DNA of 64,000 bases from an uncultured Akkermansia sp. (lineage in GTDB: Bacteria; Verrucomicrobiota; Verrucomicrobiia; Verrucomicrobiales; Akkermansiaceae), in the NCBI GenBank assembly GCA_904502165.1, contig CAJGDB010000001.1:2614-66613 (forward strand). The letters run 5' to 3'. The position numbers and the translations under genes are program-made. Shown piece after piece: positions 9,860-19,144 of this stretch. Numbering within the stretch: the first letter of the stretch is position 1; the number at the start of each line of letters is the position of its first letter. The notes under the pieces are model-generated. The model saw only the letters and a program-made list of their open reading frames with translations, did not search any database and had not been told where the DNA came from.

Positions 9860-11224
9860 TCAGATGAGGTGCCCCATGCGGTCCCGCTTGGTATCCAGAT
9901 AGTGCTGGTTGTCCTCATGGGCCGGTATGGATATGGCCACATGCTCGACCACATCCAGACCATGGCCTGAAAGTCCCTGAATTTTGAGCGGGTTGTTGGT
10001 CAGCAGGCGCAGGTGGCGCACTCCGAGGTCGCGCAGAATCTGGGCGCCCACGCCGTAGTCGCGCAGGTCGGGGGCGAAACCGAGCTTGATGTTGGCATCC
10101 ACTGTATCGTAGCCCTGTTCCTGGAGCTTATAGGCATGCAGCTTGGCTGAAAGACCGATGCCTCGGCCTTCCTGGCGCAGGTAGAGGATGATACCTCCCT
10201 CCTGAGAGACGCGGCGCATGGCGGCGTGCAGCTGGCTGCCGCAGTCGCAGCGGCGGCTGGCAAAGACATCGCCCGTAAGGCATTCGCTGTGTACCCGGCA
10301 GAGAATTGGTTTCTCCGGGTCAATCGGGCCATGCACCAGGGCCAGGTGGGTCTGGCCATCAACCTTGGAGTGGTAGGAATAGCAGTCGAAATCACCATAA
10401 TCTGTGGGAAGCTTGACCACTTCCTCGCGGATGACGAGCGTTTCAGTATGCTGGCGATGTTCGATAATCTGAGCCAGGGAGCAGGCCTTGAGCCCATACT
10501 TCTTCTGGAAGGACCCCAGTTCGCCCAGGCGGGCCATGGTGCCATCTTCCTTCATGATTTCGCAGCATACGCCAACGGGTTCGAGCCCTGCGATACGCAT
10601 CATATCTACAGTGCCTTCTGTATGCCCGGCACGGCGGATAACACCGCCCTCCACCGCACGCAGCGGGAAGCAGTGGCCGGGCTGCACGAAGTCATCGAGC
10701 GTAGCTCTGGGCTCGGCTAGCTTCATGGTGGTGATGGAGCGCTCGAACGCGCTGATGCCTGTGGTGGTGCCTTCCTTGGCATCCACGCTCACCGTGAAAG
10801 CGGTGTGGTGCTTTTCCGTGTTGTGCTGGGCCTGCATGGGCAGACCGAGGGCATCAACCCGCTCAGGAGCCATGGGTACACAGATGAGCCCGCGGGCATG
10901 CGTGGCCATGAAGTTGATATTCTGCGGTGTGGCAAACTGGCCGGCGCAGACGAGATCCGCTTCGTTTTCGCGCTGGGGGTCATCCGTCATGAGGATGAGT
11001 TTACCCATACGCAGGTCCTCGAGAACCTCTTCCAACGGAGAGTACACGATGGGATCCACGCCGTCGGCCACAGGCACGGAGCAGGGAAGTACCGCCGCAG
11101 GAGCTTCCGGCTCAGGTGCCGGAGCAGGGGGCAATTCCTCGCCCATAGTGGCGGCATCGCAACGATTGATGAAATCGTTGATGTCGAATGAGCCGTTGGT
11201 GGCGGTGAATTCGATGTGCTTCAT
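9860..11224 (-). CDS. ribBA: Bifunctional DHBP synthase / GTP cyclohydrolase II
   Basis: DDPQRENEAD, RAGHTEG, RVHSECLTGD, RCDCGSQL, QEGRGIGL, LLTNNP. Confidence 0.96.
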   Translation of the reverse strand: MKHIEFTATNGSFDINDFINRCDAATMGEELPPAPAPEPEAPAAVLPCSVPVADGVDPIVYSPLEEVLEDLRMGKLILMTDDPQRENEADLVCAGQFATPQNINFMATHARGLICVPMAPERVDALGLPMQAQHNTEKHHTAFTVSVDAKEGTTTGISAFERSITTMKLAEPRATLDDFVQPGHCFPLRAVEGGVIRRAGHTEGTVDMMRIAGLEPVGVCCEIMKEDGTMARLGELGSFQKKYGLKACSLAQIIEHRQHTETLVIREEVVKLPTDYGDFDCYSYHSKVDGQTHLALVHGPIDPEKPILCRVHSECLTGDVFASRRCDCGSQLHAAMRRVSQEGGIILYLRQEGRGIGLSAKLHAYKLQEQGYDTVDANIKLGFAPDLRDYGVGAQILRDLGVRHLRLLTNNPLKIQGLSGHGLDVVEHVAISIPAHEDNQHYLDTKRDRMGHLI

Positions 11225-11234
11225 ATTGCCTTGG

Positions 11235-12911
11235 TTACTTGTTCATCTTGGCCCAGGAATCACGCAGGCCGACCGACCGGTTGAACACGGGGTGCTCTGC
11301 ACTATGGTCGTAGCGGTCGGCCACGAAGTAGCCAGTGCGCTCGAACTGGCAGAGGAATTCCGCAGGGGCGCCGGCCAGAGCGGGCTCCACTACGGCATCC
11401 TTGAGCACGGTGAGGGAATCGGCATTCAGGGAGGCCAGGAAGCCTTCTTCATTGGCATCGGGGGCTTCATCCTTGAACAGGCGGTCGTAGAGACGCACTT
11501 CGGCCTTCACGCCGTACTTGGCAGAAACCCAGTGGATGGCACCCTTGCACTTGATGCCCTCCGGCGGGTTGGAACCTACCGTGCCGGGGATGATTTCGGC
11601 CTGAACCTCGGTCACGTTGCCCTCGGCATCGGCGGTGTAGCCGGTGCAAATCATGCAATAGCCACCGCGCAGGCGCACGCAGGCACCAGGAGAAAGACGC
11701 TTGTACTTCTTGGGCGGCTCAACCATGAAGTCTTCCTGCTCAATCCACACCTCTCTGGTGAGGATGAGCTTGCGGTTGCCCAGTTCCGGCTTCTCGGGGT
11801 TGATGACCACTTCAACCTCTTCCTCGAAGTCATCGGGCACGTTGGTGAGCACAAGCTTGAGCGGCTTGAGCACAGCCATGCGGCGCTCGGCCTCGGCATT
11901 CAGCTCGTTACGCACGGCATTCTCCAGGCGGGCTACGTCGGTGTTGCCGTTGAACTTGGTGATGCCCACACCTTCGCAGAAGTCCACAATGGCCTTGGCG
12001 GGGTAACCGCGGCGGCGCATACCACAGATGGTGGGCATGCGGGGGTCGTCCCAACCGGCCACGTAGCCTTCCTCCACCATCTGGCGCAGCTTACGCTTGC
12101 TCATCACGGTGTAGGTGATGTTCAGGCGGGAGAACTCGCGCTGCTTCGGCCTGGCGGGCACGGGGCAGTTGTCGATAACCCATTCGTAGAGAGGGCGATG
12201 GTTCTCGAACTCGAGCGTGCAGAGGGAATGGGTGATGTGTTCGTAAGCATCTTCAAGCGGGTGGGCAAAGTCGTACATCGGGTAGATGCACCAGGTGTTG
12301 CCCGTGTTGTGGTGATGGTCGTAGGAGATGCGGTAAATCACCGGGTCGCGCATGTTCATGTTGCTGCTGGCCATGTCAATTCTGGCACGCAGAACAGCGG
12401 CACCCTCGGCATAATCACCGCGCTTCATTGCCTCAAAGAGAGCCAGGTTTTCCTCTACCGAGGTATTGCGGTAGGGAGATTCCACGCCGGGAGTGACCAG
12501 ATTGCCACGCTGCTGACGCATCGTTTCTCTGTCTTGCAGGTCCACGTAGGCCAGACCATTCTTGATGAGATGCACGGCGCAGTCGTAGTAGAAATCAAAA
12601 ATGTTGGAAGCCCAGTACAGGTGCTCACCCCAGTCGAATCCGAGCCAGTGAATGTCTTCCTGGATGGAGTTGACGAACTCGATGTCTTCCTTGCAGGGGT
12701 TGGTGTCGTCGAAACGCAGGTGACACACCGCCCCGAGGTGGGCATATTCCTTGGCAAGACCGAAATCCAGACAAATGGCCTTGGCGTGGCCGATATGCAG
12801 ATACCCGTTCGGCTCTGGGGGGAAACGGGTAATCGGTACCTCGCAGAAACCCTCGGCCAGGTCTCTGGCTACCATGTCGCGGATGAAGTCTTTTTTCTCC
12901 TCTGTGGTCAT
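11235..12911 (-). CDS. glnS: Glutamine--tRNA ligase
   Basis: TRFPPEPNGYLHIGHAK, MSKRKL, WDDPRMPT, FERTGYF; start at MTTEEKK. Confidence 0.96.
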   Translation of the reverse strand: MTTEEKKDFIRDMVARDLAEGFCEVPITRFPPEPNGYLHIGHAKAICLDFGLAKEYAHLGAVCHLRFDDTNPCKEDIEFVNSIQEDIHWLGFDWGEHLYWASNIFDFYYDCAVHLIKNGLAYVDLQDRETMRQQRGNLVTPGVESPYRNTSVEENLALFEAMKRGDYAEGAAVLRARIDMASSNMNMRDPVIYRISYDHHHNTGNTWCIYPMYDFAHPLEDAYEHITHSLCTLEFENHRPLYEWVIDNCPVPARPKQREFSRLNITYTVMSKRKLRQMVEEGYVAGWDDPRMPTICGMRRRGYPAKAIVDFCEGVGITKFNGNTDVARLENAVRNELNAEAERRMAVLKPLKLVLTNVPDDFEEEVEVVINPEKPELGNRKLILTREVWIEQEDFMVEPPKKYKRLSPGACVRLRGGYCMICTGYTADAEGNVTEVQAEIIPGTVGSNPPEGIKCKGAIHWVSAKYGVKAEVRLYDRLFKDEAPDANEEGFLASLNADSLTVLKDAVVEPALAGAPAEFLCQFERTGYFVADRYDHSAEHPVFNRSVGLRDSWAKMNK

Positions 12912-12918
12912 GCGCGCG

Positions 12919-12947
12919 ATTCTACTCCCAAAATGCCCGCAAATCAA
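12919..12947 (-). promoter_or_regulatory. sigma70-type promoter for glnS (leaderless geometry)
   Basis: TTGATT-17nt-TAGAAT, 7 nt before ATG. Confidence 0.65.
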
Positions 12948-13025
12948 GCGAAATCGGGGGCATGACAGAGTGAATGGCGGCAATAACGCTAGCCAAGGTG
13001 AGGAATGTGTGATAGAATGCTGCGC

Positions 13026-13712
13026 ATGGATAGAGCCGCGGTTGAAAAGAGCCTGAATTATGTGTTTACAGATGAAACATGGCTGAAGCAAGCCCTTACA
13101 CACCCGAGTTCTGACCAGAAGCGTAGCACCAACCTGAATTATGAGCGCCTGGAGTTCCTGGGCGATGCTGTGCTGGAGCTGGTGGTCAGCCGCGAGCTCT
13201 TTGCCCGCTACCCCAAGGCAGACGAAGGGCTGCTGACCAAGATGCGCTCTGCTATTGTAAGCCGTGCCCACCTGGCTGAGCTCTGCGGCAGGCTGGGCTG
13301 GGGTGAGCAGATGCAGATGAGTCCACAGTTAGAGAAAACCGGCGGCCGAACAGCGCTTTCCATTCTTGCCAACACCTTTGAAAGCGTGATTGGCGCGGTG
13401 ATGATGGATTCCAACTACAATGCTGCCCGCAAGGTATCGCTGCATCTGATGCAGGAGAGCCTTGATAGGGCTGAAAAGCTCATTTCTGTTAATTACAAGG
13501 GAGATTTGCTGGAAGCGCTCCAGGCTATCAACGGGCAGGGCCCGAAGTATATCATTGAGCTGGTGGATGAGGGCAAGCCCGCCGGTCCGTTCCGGGCCCG
13601 TGTGTTGTGGAATGAGCTGGAACTGGGTGAAGCCGTGGGGCAGAGCAAGCATAAGGCTGAAATGGCCGCTGCTGCCGTAGCCCTGGAGAAAAAACTCTAT
13701 AACGCTCAATAA
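13026..13712 (+). CDS. rnc: Ribonuclease III
   Basis: NYERLEFLGDAVL signature, C-terminal dsRBD; TGaTAGAAT ends 7 nt before ATG 13026. Confidence 0.95.
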   Translation: MDRAAVEKSLNYVFTDETWLKQALTHPSSDQKRSTNLNYERLEFLGDAVLELVVSRELFARYPKADEGLLTKMRSAIVSRAHLAELCGRLGWGEQMQMSPQLEKTGGRTALSILANTFESVIGAVMMDSNYNAARKVSLHLMQESLDRAEKLISVNYKGDLLEALQAINGQGPKYIIELVDEGKPAGPFRARVLWNELELGEAVGQSKHKAEMAAAAVALEKKLYNAQ

Positions 13713-14647
13713 GTAAGTCGCAGGATGCGGACTGGTGCGTGGGTGGCCTGAATGCGGAGCGTCTCGCTTTCACCCTTGATTCGCAGGGTGTAAGAGCCTT
13801 GTCGTGGCAGACTCAGGCGTGCAAAGTAGCGCATGTCGTCACGCGTTGAAGGCAGGGTGGCTGAGCCGATGACTTTTCCTTGCTCATTTGCCAGTTCCAC
13901 CTGGGGGGGAGAAAGGCGGCGCGGCCGGGCATCTATGAGCAGGCGCTGGGTATCTGCGGGGACACCGGAACGTTCATACCAGCGGCGCGCCAGTTCCAGG
14001 TAGCGGTCGGTTACATCTTCCGCTGGTATCATCATGTTGTTGAAGATGCGGATATTTGAATCAGGCACCCAGGAAGTGCTGCCTGTTGGGGTGGCTGCAC
14101 GGATGCGCTGGAAGGGGTGCCGCGTATCGAGCATACCGATGTTTTCCATGACCCAGGGGGTGTTGAAATCCTGTTCGTTGAATTCAATCATGTGCCACTG
14201 GCCGTCGAACCACGCTTCCACCCATGTATGATTGCCTTCAATGTGGTTCCAGGTAAGAACCCCGACCGCCCTGGCGGGAATGTCAACTGCACGCAGGGCG
14301 CAGACAAGCAGGATGCTCTGCCCGGTGCATGATACCTTTTTCTCCTCGAGGGCTTCAAGCGCATTCATGTTGTGTTTGCGCCTTGCGGTGGAATAATGGA
14401 CTCCGGTTCTGCTGCTGAGGCCGGAGGCCAGGCGGCGTACGGCTTCTGCCGCCGTGGTGCATTGGCTGACCATGGGGCGGACAATAGGGGTAAGAACGGG
14501 CCTCCAGTTGCAGGGAGCTTCATCCAGCACCCTGTCCGGCAGAACGGAGGCTTCCCTTATGCTGGCCGGCACGCCGTTGCTCCACGGAAAATCTCTGGCC
14601 AGAACCGGAGAAAATAAGAACAACAGAACTACGGCCAGATTCTTCAT
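13706..14647 (-). CDS. Transglutaminase-like domain protein, exported
   Basis: VSCTGQS, ALRAVDIPAR, NHTWVEAW, WHMIE; signal peptide; ATGA overlap with miaB stop. Confidence 0.8.
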   Translation of the reverse strand: MKNLAVVLLFLFSPVLARDFPWSNGVPASIREASVLPDRVLDEAPCNWRPVLTPIVRPMVSQCTTAAEAVRRLASGLSSRTGVHYSTARRKHNMNALEALEEKKVSCTGQSILLVCALRAVDIPARAVGVLTWNHIEGNHTWVEAWFDGQWHMIEFNEQDFNTPWVMENIGMLDTRHPFQRIRAATPTGSTSWVPDSNIRIFNNMMIPAEDVTDRYLELARRWYERSGVPADTQRLLIDARPRRLSPPQVELANEQGKVIGSATLPSTRDDMRYFARLSLPRQGSYTLRIKGESETLRIQATHAPVRILRLTY

Positions 14648-16002
14648 TTTACATCCCCATACAGGGTGAATCCTGTGCATTCTGTGATACGGATGGGAGC
14701 GAGGGTGCCCACCTCTGCCGTACCGCCGGAAATGATAACCGGCTTATTCTGCGAAGTGCGGCCTTGCAGGCGGTCCGGGTTGTTCTTGCTGGGACCTTCC
14801 ACCAGAATGACCTGGTCGGTGCCCACGAGTGCCTGGTTGCGGGCTACGGCAATGCGGTTCACGGTTTCAAGCAGGTCGTGGTTGCGTTCTTCCTTAACCC
14901 GCAGGCAAATCTGGTTCTCCATGACAGCGGCCACGGTGTCACGGCGCGGGGAATACTGGAATACGAAGGCGTTGTCAAACTGGATGCGCTCCACGGCGGC
15001 CTTGGTTTCAAGGTAATCCTCGTGAGTTTCGCCCGGGAAGCCCACAATGATATCGGTGGTGATGGCCAGGTCGGGGCGTGCCTCGCGCATGGATTCGCAG
15101 AGGCGCAGGTATTTTTCGTTCTTGTAAGGGCGGCGCATGAGCTGCAGGATGCGGTCGCTGCCGCTCTGCATGGGGAAGTGGATATGGCTGCACAGTTTGG
15201 GCAGGTAGGTGTAGGCGTTCACCAGATCCTGACGGAAACCAATGGGGTGCGGGCTGGTGAAGCGGATGCGCTCAAGTCCGTCCATGTCGTTGAGTTTCTC
15301 AAGCAGCCGCACAAAGGCTCCCCGGCTATTGATGACCGGTTCATCCTTGCCATAACGGTTCACAATCTGCCCCAGCAGGGTGACTTCCTTAATGCCACGG
15401 TCAACAAGTTCCCGTACTTCCTGCAGGATGTCTGCTTCCGGGCGGCTGCATTCAGAGCCGCGGGTGCTGGGTACAATGCAGTAGGAACAGCGCATTTCGC
15501 ACCCCTGCATGATGGAGACGAATGCTGTGCAGTTGCCGGAGGGGGGCAGGTGGTCGCGGATTTCGTTCTGGAAGCCCTCTTCCTGCTGGGTGGCGCAGAT
15601 GTGCGCGCCCCGGCGGATGGGTTCGAAGTCTGGTTGCCCCATGCGACTGCGGAGCAGGCGATTACAGAGTCTGTAGACATTGTGGTACTGCTGGGTGCCA
15701 GTCACGATATCCAGCCGTGGAATATCGCGGAAAAGAGAAGCCGCACGGCTCTGGCACATGCACCCCATAAATCCGTACACCACCCAGGGTTTGGCGGTGG
15801 GGCGGGCGCAGAGAAGTCCCATTTTACCCAGGGCTTTCAGTTCTGCCTTTTCGCGTACGGAGCAGGTATTGATGAGAATGACATCGGCCTGGGCCTCATC
15901 CTTTGTCAGTTCGTACCCACCGGCCAGAAACATGCTCGCAACCTGTTCAGAGTCGCGTTCATTCATCTGGCACCCGTATGTCTTGATCAGCACGCTTGGC
16001 AT
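14644..16002 (-). CDS. miaB: tRNA-2-methylthio-N6-dimethylallyladenosine synthase
   Basis: TYGCQMNERDS, NTCSVRE, radical SAM GCEMRCSYC, DIIVGFPGET, TRAM tail. Confidence 0.93.
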   Translation of the reverse strand: MPSVLIKTYGCQMNERDSEQVASMFLAGGYELTKDEAQADVILINTCSVREKAELKALGKMGLLCARPTAKPWVVYGFMGCMCQSRAASLFRDIPRLDIVTGTQQYHNVYRLCNRLLRSRMGQPDFEPIRRGAHICATQQEEGFQNEIRDHLPPSGNCTAFVSIMQGCEMRCSYCIVPSTRGSECSRPEADILQEVRELVDRGIKEVTLLGQIVNRYGKDEPVINSRGAFVRLLEKLNDMDGLERIRFTSPHPIGFRQDLVNAYTYLPKLCSHIHFPMQSGSDRILQLMRRPYKNEKYLRLCESMREARPDLAITTDIIVGFPGETHEDYLETKAAVERIQFDNAFVFQYSPRRDTVAAVMENQICLRVKEERNHDLLETVNRIAVARNQALVGTDQVILVEGPSKNNPDRLQGRTSQNKPVIISGGTAEVGTLAPIRITECTGFTLYGDVK

Positions 16003-16049
16003 GCCGATATGCTAACACATGACACCCGCGATGAAAAGCGTAATTCCAG

Positions 16050-16595
16050 TCAACAAAGGGTGACAATGCCGGGAATGCACAAATCGTGTCCCTCTGTTGG
16101 CAATTCCTCGACTATCTGTTCCGGAAAAGCCAGGGCAAGAATCTGCGCCTGGCTGCAGAGCGGTATATAGCGGTCATAGTATCCGCCGCCATAGCCCAGG
16201 CGTTCTCCTCGCAGGGTGAATGCTACTCCGGGTACAATGAGTATGTCTATTTCCGACGGGGCGATTTCAGGTGTGCCTGCAACCGGGGCGGGTATACCCA
16301 TTGCCCCGGGTTTCAGTTCCGCAGAAAGAGAGCGGACGTGACGAAAACTCAATCTGTGCTCCGCACAGCAGAGGGGAAAGGCATAGCGGTGTTGCGGAAA
16401 TTCCTGCAGCAGAGGGAGCAGGTTCACCTCATGCGGCAGGGGGGCATAGATGCCTACATTTTTTGCCGGGGTATCGAGCAGGGACGATAATTTCTGCCGC
16501 AGCCGGGCAGAACGCAGCTGCGCCGGGTCGGCTGCGGCAGCGGTTCTGAGACGCTGCAGTACCTCCCGGCGCAGGGCTTGTTTCTGTTTCTGCAT
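16050..16595 (-). CDS. 5-formyltetrahydrofolate cyclo-ligase
   Basis: KQALR, IVPGVAF, RLGYGGGYYDRY. Confidence 0.92.
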   Translation of the reverse strand: MQKQKQALRREVLQRLRTAAAADPAQLRSARLRQKLSSLLDTPAKNVGIYAPLPHEVNLLPLLQEFPQHRYAFPLCCAEHRLSFRHVRSLSAELKPGAMGIPAPVAGTPEIAPSEIDILIVPGVAFTLRGERLGYGGGYYDRYIPLCSQAQILALAFPEQIVEELPTEGHDLCIPGIVTLC

Positions 16596-17279
16596 TTACT
16601 CGGCAGAAGACTTCGGATTACGCCCGAAGAGGGCGAGCATGCGCCCGGTATTGCCCTTTTCGATGCGGTAGGAATAGAAGGTGTCCAGGTCTGCGGCAGT
16701 ATCAAGACCACTATCAATGATGTTCTGCGGCTGCACGCCTGCGTCCTCAAGCTCCTGTTTTATCATGGTAACAATGTCCACCTCATAGTGCGGAGGCCGG
16801 ATGCAGGGGGAAATGACGGCAATGCAGTCAGCTGCATTCACGCCCAGAATCTTACGCATTGATTCAAGGGTGACGCCGGCGATGTTCTGCTGGGTGCCCA
16901 GCTTGCCGGAATGCACCAGCGCGCGGCTCTGGGTCACGGGGTCGTAAATCCAGATGGCGGCACAGTCTGCCACATAGATACCCAGACAGCAGTCAGCCTT
17001 GCCTCCGCAGAAGAGACCATCTACTCCCTCCACGGGGTAGGAACAACCAATATCGCCCACAAGGGCTACCTTGTTACCATGTACCTGTTGGGCGCGGCGC
17101 AGCATCTTGGGAGCAATGCCGCCTTCTGCCAGCACCGCTTCGTGGGCGGGGGTCAGTGCAGCAATGACAGCGTTGCGGTCGGTCGTGGTGGCAATCCCGG
17201 GGATGCGGGTGATGAAGCGTGCAAAGTTCTCGGGGAAGGCATTGAGAACATTCAGGTATTCTGGGGCGTAGCAGTTCAT
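16596..17279 (-). CDS. pgeF: YfiH/PgeF (laccase-like) family protein
   Basis: QQVHG, VADCAAI, HSG, ISPCI, FYSYR, GRM; start chosen at MNCYAPE to avoid overlapping marR-family gene. Confidence 0.85.
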   Translation of the reverse strand: MNCYAPEYLNVLNAFPENFARFITRIPGIATTTDRNAVIAALTPAHEAVLAEGGIAPKMLRRAQQVHGNKVALVGDIGCSYPVEGVDGLFCGGKADCCLGIYVADCAAIWIYDPVTQSRALVHSGKLGTQQNIAGVTLESMRKILGVNAADCIAVISPCIRPPHYEVDIVTMIKQELEDAGVQPQNIIDSGLDTAADLDTFYSYRIEKGNTGRMLALFGRNPKSSAE

Positions 17280-17298
17280 GAGTGGAATATAGGGATGG

Positions 17299-17772
17299 TT
17301 ATGCCATGTTCTTACGGGCGGCAGAGGTGCGGCGGGAAATGACACGGCGGGCTGAGCCCATGGGGGTGGTGGTGTCCTCTCGCGCCATCATCTGGGCCAG
17401 GTCTGCGGCAATGTTGTTACGCATCTGATTGACCAGTTCGCGCCCCTGGTCGGTAATGCGAACCATAATCTTGCGGCGGTCAGCGGCGGCGGTATAGCGC
17501 TTCAGGTGACCGAGTTCCTGCAGCTTGTCCACCATGCCGGTGGCTGCAGCTGTGGAGTGCCCCATCATCTTGGCAATGTTGCTCATGGAGAGGCATTCTT
17601 CTTCTGCCAGGTAGGCCAGCAGGAAGAACTGGGGGAAGGAAACTTTGCCCTTGGTCAGTTCCGGGGAGAGTCGCAAAATGCAGCTGCGTTGGGAAAAGAG
17701 TACGAAATCTGTCAGGTGTTGTACATCCTGTTCGTGCTGCGATTCGGTGGAGGTGTAAGTCTGTCTGCTCAT
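17299..17772 (-). CDS. MarR family transcriptional regulator
   Basis: SFPQFFLL, wHTH AATGMVDKLQELG, DRRKIMVRITDQG. Confidence 0.88.
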   Translation of the reverse strand: MSRQTYTSTESQHEQDVQHLTDFVLFSQRSCILRLSPELTKGKVSFPQFFLLAYLAEEECLSMSNIAKMMGHSTAAATGMVDKLQELGHLKRYTAAADRRKIMVRITDQGRELVNQMRNNIAADLAQMMAREDTTTPMGSARRVISRRTSAARKNMA

Positions 17773-17955
17773 CGTGGAAAGAGGGGCTGTTCGTCGTAGA
17801 TATTACGGCTTTGCGTAATTTTTGCAAGCCCAAAATTTCAGCTCATCCTAAGCGTTAGAATTGACTGTGCCGATGTGGTACAGTTTGCGGCAGCGGTATA
17901 CAATATGTTGTGATTCTGAAAAACAAAAAAGTTTTCCCAACAAGGGGCTGGTGTA

Positions 17956-18354
17956 TCACTGCTGCCCGGAGGGAGGCGCGATAAACAGGATTTCGCGCAT
18001 TTCGGGGGTCATGATTTTCTCCTCCTCCATGCGTTCAATATGGTCGCGAATGGCTTTCCAGATGGTATTGAAAGAACCTATGTTCTTATGCTCGGCCATG
18101 TAATCCTGAACCGTCGGTTCCGGGAGTTTGCGCTGGGCCTCTGCAAGCGCGTCGCATTCGGCCTTGAGTTCTTTGAGCTGGGGAATGGCTGCCTGTGCGG
18201 ATTCTGCATTGCGGCAGGAGTTGAGGCACAATTCGGTGCGCGAAAGGAAAGAAAGAATCGCTCTGGCCATGTCGGCATGGTTGTCCGGAGCTTCCGTGGC
18301 AGAAACTCCATGCAGACTCAGGCAGAGCAGTAGGCAGAGCAGGACTTTTTTCAT
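17956..18354 (-). CDS. Exported hypothetical helical protein
   Basis: Signal peptide MKKVLLCLLLCLSL; same strand as valS cluster. Confidence 0.7.
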   Translation of the reverse strand: MKKVLLCLLLCLSLHGVSATEAPDNHADMARAILSFLSRTELCLNSCRNAESAQAAIPQLKELKAECDALAEAQRKLPEPTVQDYMAEHKNIGSFNTIWKAIRDHIERMEEEKIMTPEMREILFIAPPSGQQ

Positions 18355-18369
18355 GACCGGCAGAAAGAA

Positions 18370-19125
18370 TCAGTGGTGGATGTGACGCCCGCGGTGCTTA
18401 CCGAAAAGTTTGACCGGTGTACCACACCCCGGGCAGTTGTAACGGAGGCAGAAAATGATGTAGAGCGCGGTGGCTACGTTGTATCCCAGGCCCGGCAGGT
18501 AGTTGGCGGCTCGGTTGCGGGCATAGTCTCTGAAAGTGAAGAGCCGCATATGGCACACCGGGCAGGTGGCGGCGCGGGAGATGAAGAGATACGGCAAGCA
18601 GGGCGCAATGATGAGCGAGCCCGCCAGAATGGGCAGCGGAATATCCGGCAGGTTGTTGGTAAGCATCAGGATGGGAATCATCACGATGGATACTGCGGGA
18701 ATAGCCAGCAGAAGTGTGCCAAAGGAGGCAAAGATGGCCAGAACGGGATGATTGGTGCACACGGGGCTGTGCATAATCTTTTTCTGGTGGTACTTCTTGA
18801 GTCTGCGTTCCTCCTTAACCTGCTCCTTTGGTCTGCGCCCGGTGCGGAAACGGGTCGTCGGCCCCACATTCTCAATCTTCAGAGCAGAGTCGGACTCTGA
18901 ATCCTCATCTACGTTCAGCGCTGGTCTGCACAGGTCATAAATGGCATGCAGCTTGGTGCTGTTCAAGGTGAAGTTCTTGCCCGGGAAAAAGCGCTGGGCT
19001 TTTTTCAGGTCTTCCAGGACATCCTGTGGATCTGTTGTGGCCATTTGTGCCGCAGATGTAATGCCGCACAGCGAGAGTTCCTCAATTTCCTGAGGTGTGA
19101 GTTTTGTAAACGGGTCAGGTTCCAT
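18370..19125 (-). CDS. Hypothetical membrane protein with CxxC...CxxC motifs
   Basis: Two hydrophobic helices, CPVC and CPGC; directly downstream of valS. Confidence 0.7.
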   Translation of the reverse strand: MEPDPFTKLTPQEIEELSLCGITSAAQMATTDPQDVLEDLKKAQRFFPGKNFTLNSTKLHAIYDLCRPALNVDEDSESDSALKIENVGPTTRFRTGRRPKEQVKEERRLKKYHQKKIMHSPVCTNHPVLAIFASFGTLLLAIPAVSIVMIPILMLTNNLPDIPLPILAGSLIIAPCLPYLFISRAATCPVCHMRLFTFRDYARNRAANYLPGLGYNVATALYIIFCLRYNCPGCGTPVKLFGKHRGRHIHH

Positions 19126-19144
19126 TGCAGGTGAAATCAGGGGG

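Noticed and set aside
10488..12965. 825-aa plus-strand ORF
   Set aside because: Antisense shadow of glnS and ribBA; no motifs; expected with GC-rich codon bias
12912..13271. N-terminal extension of glnS in the ORF track
   Set aside because: Overlaps rnc on the opposite strand; homology and promoter position support start at 12911
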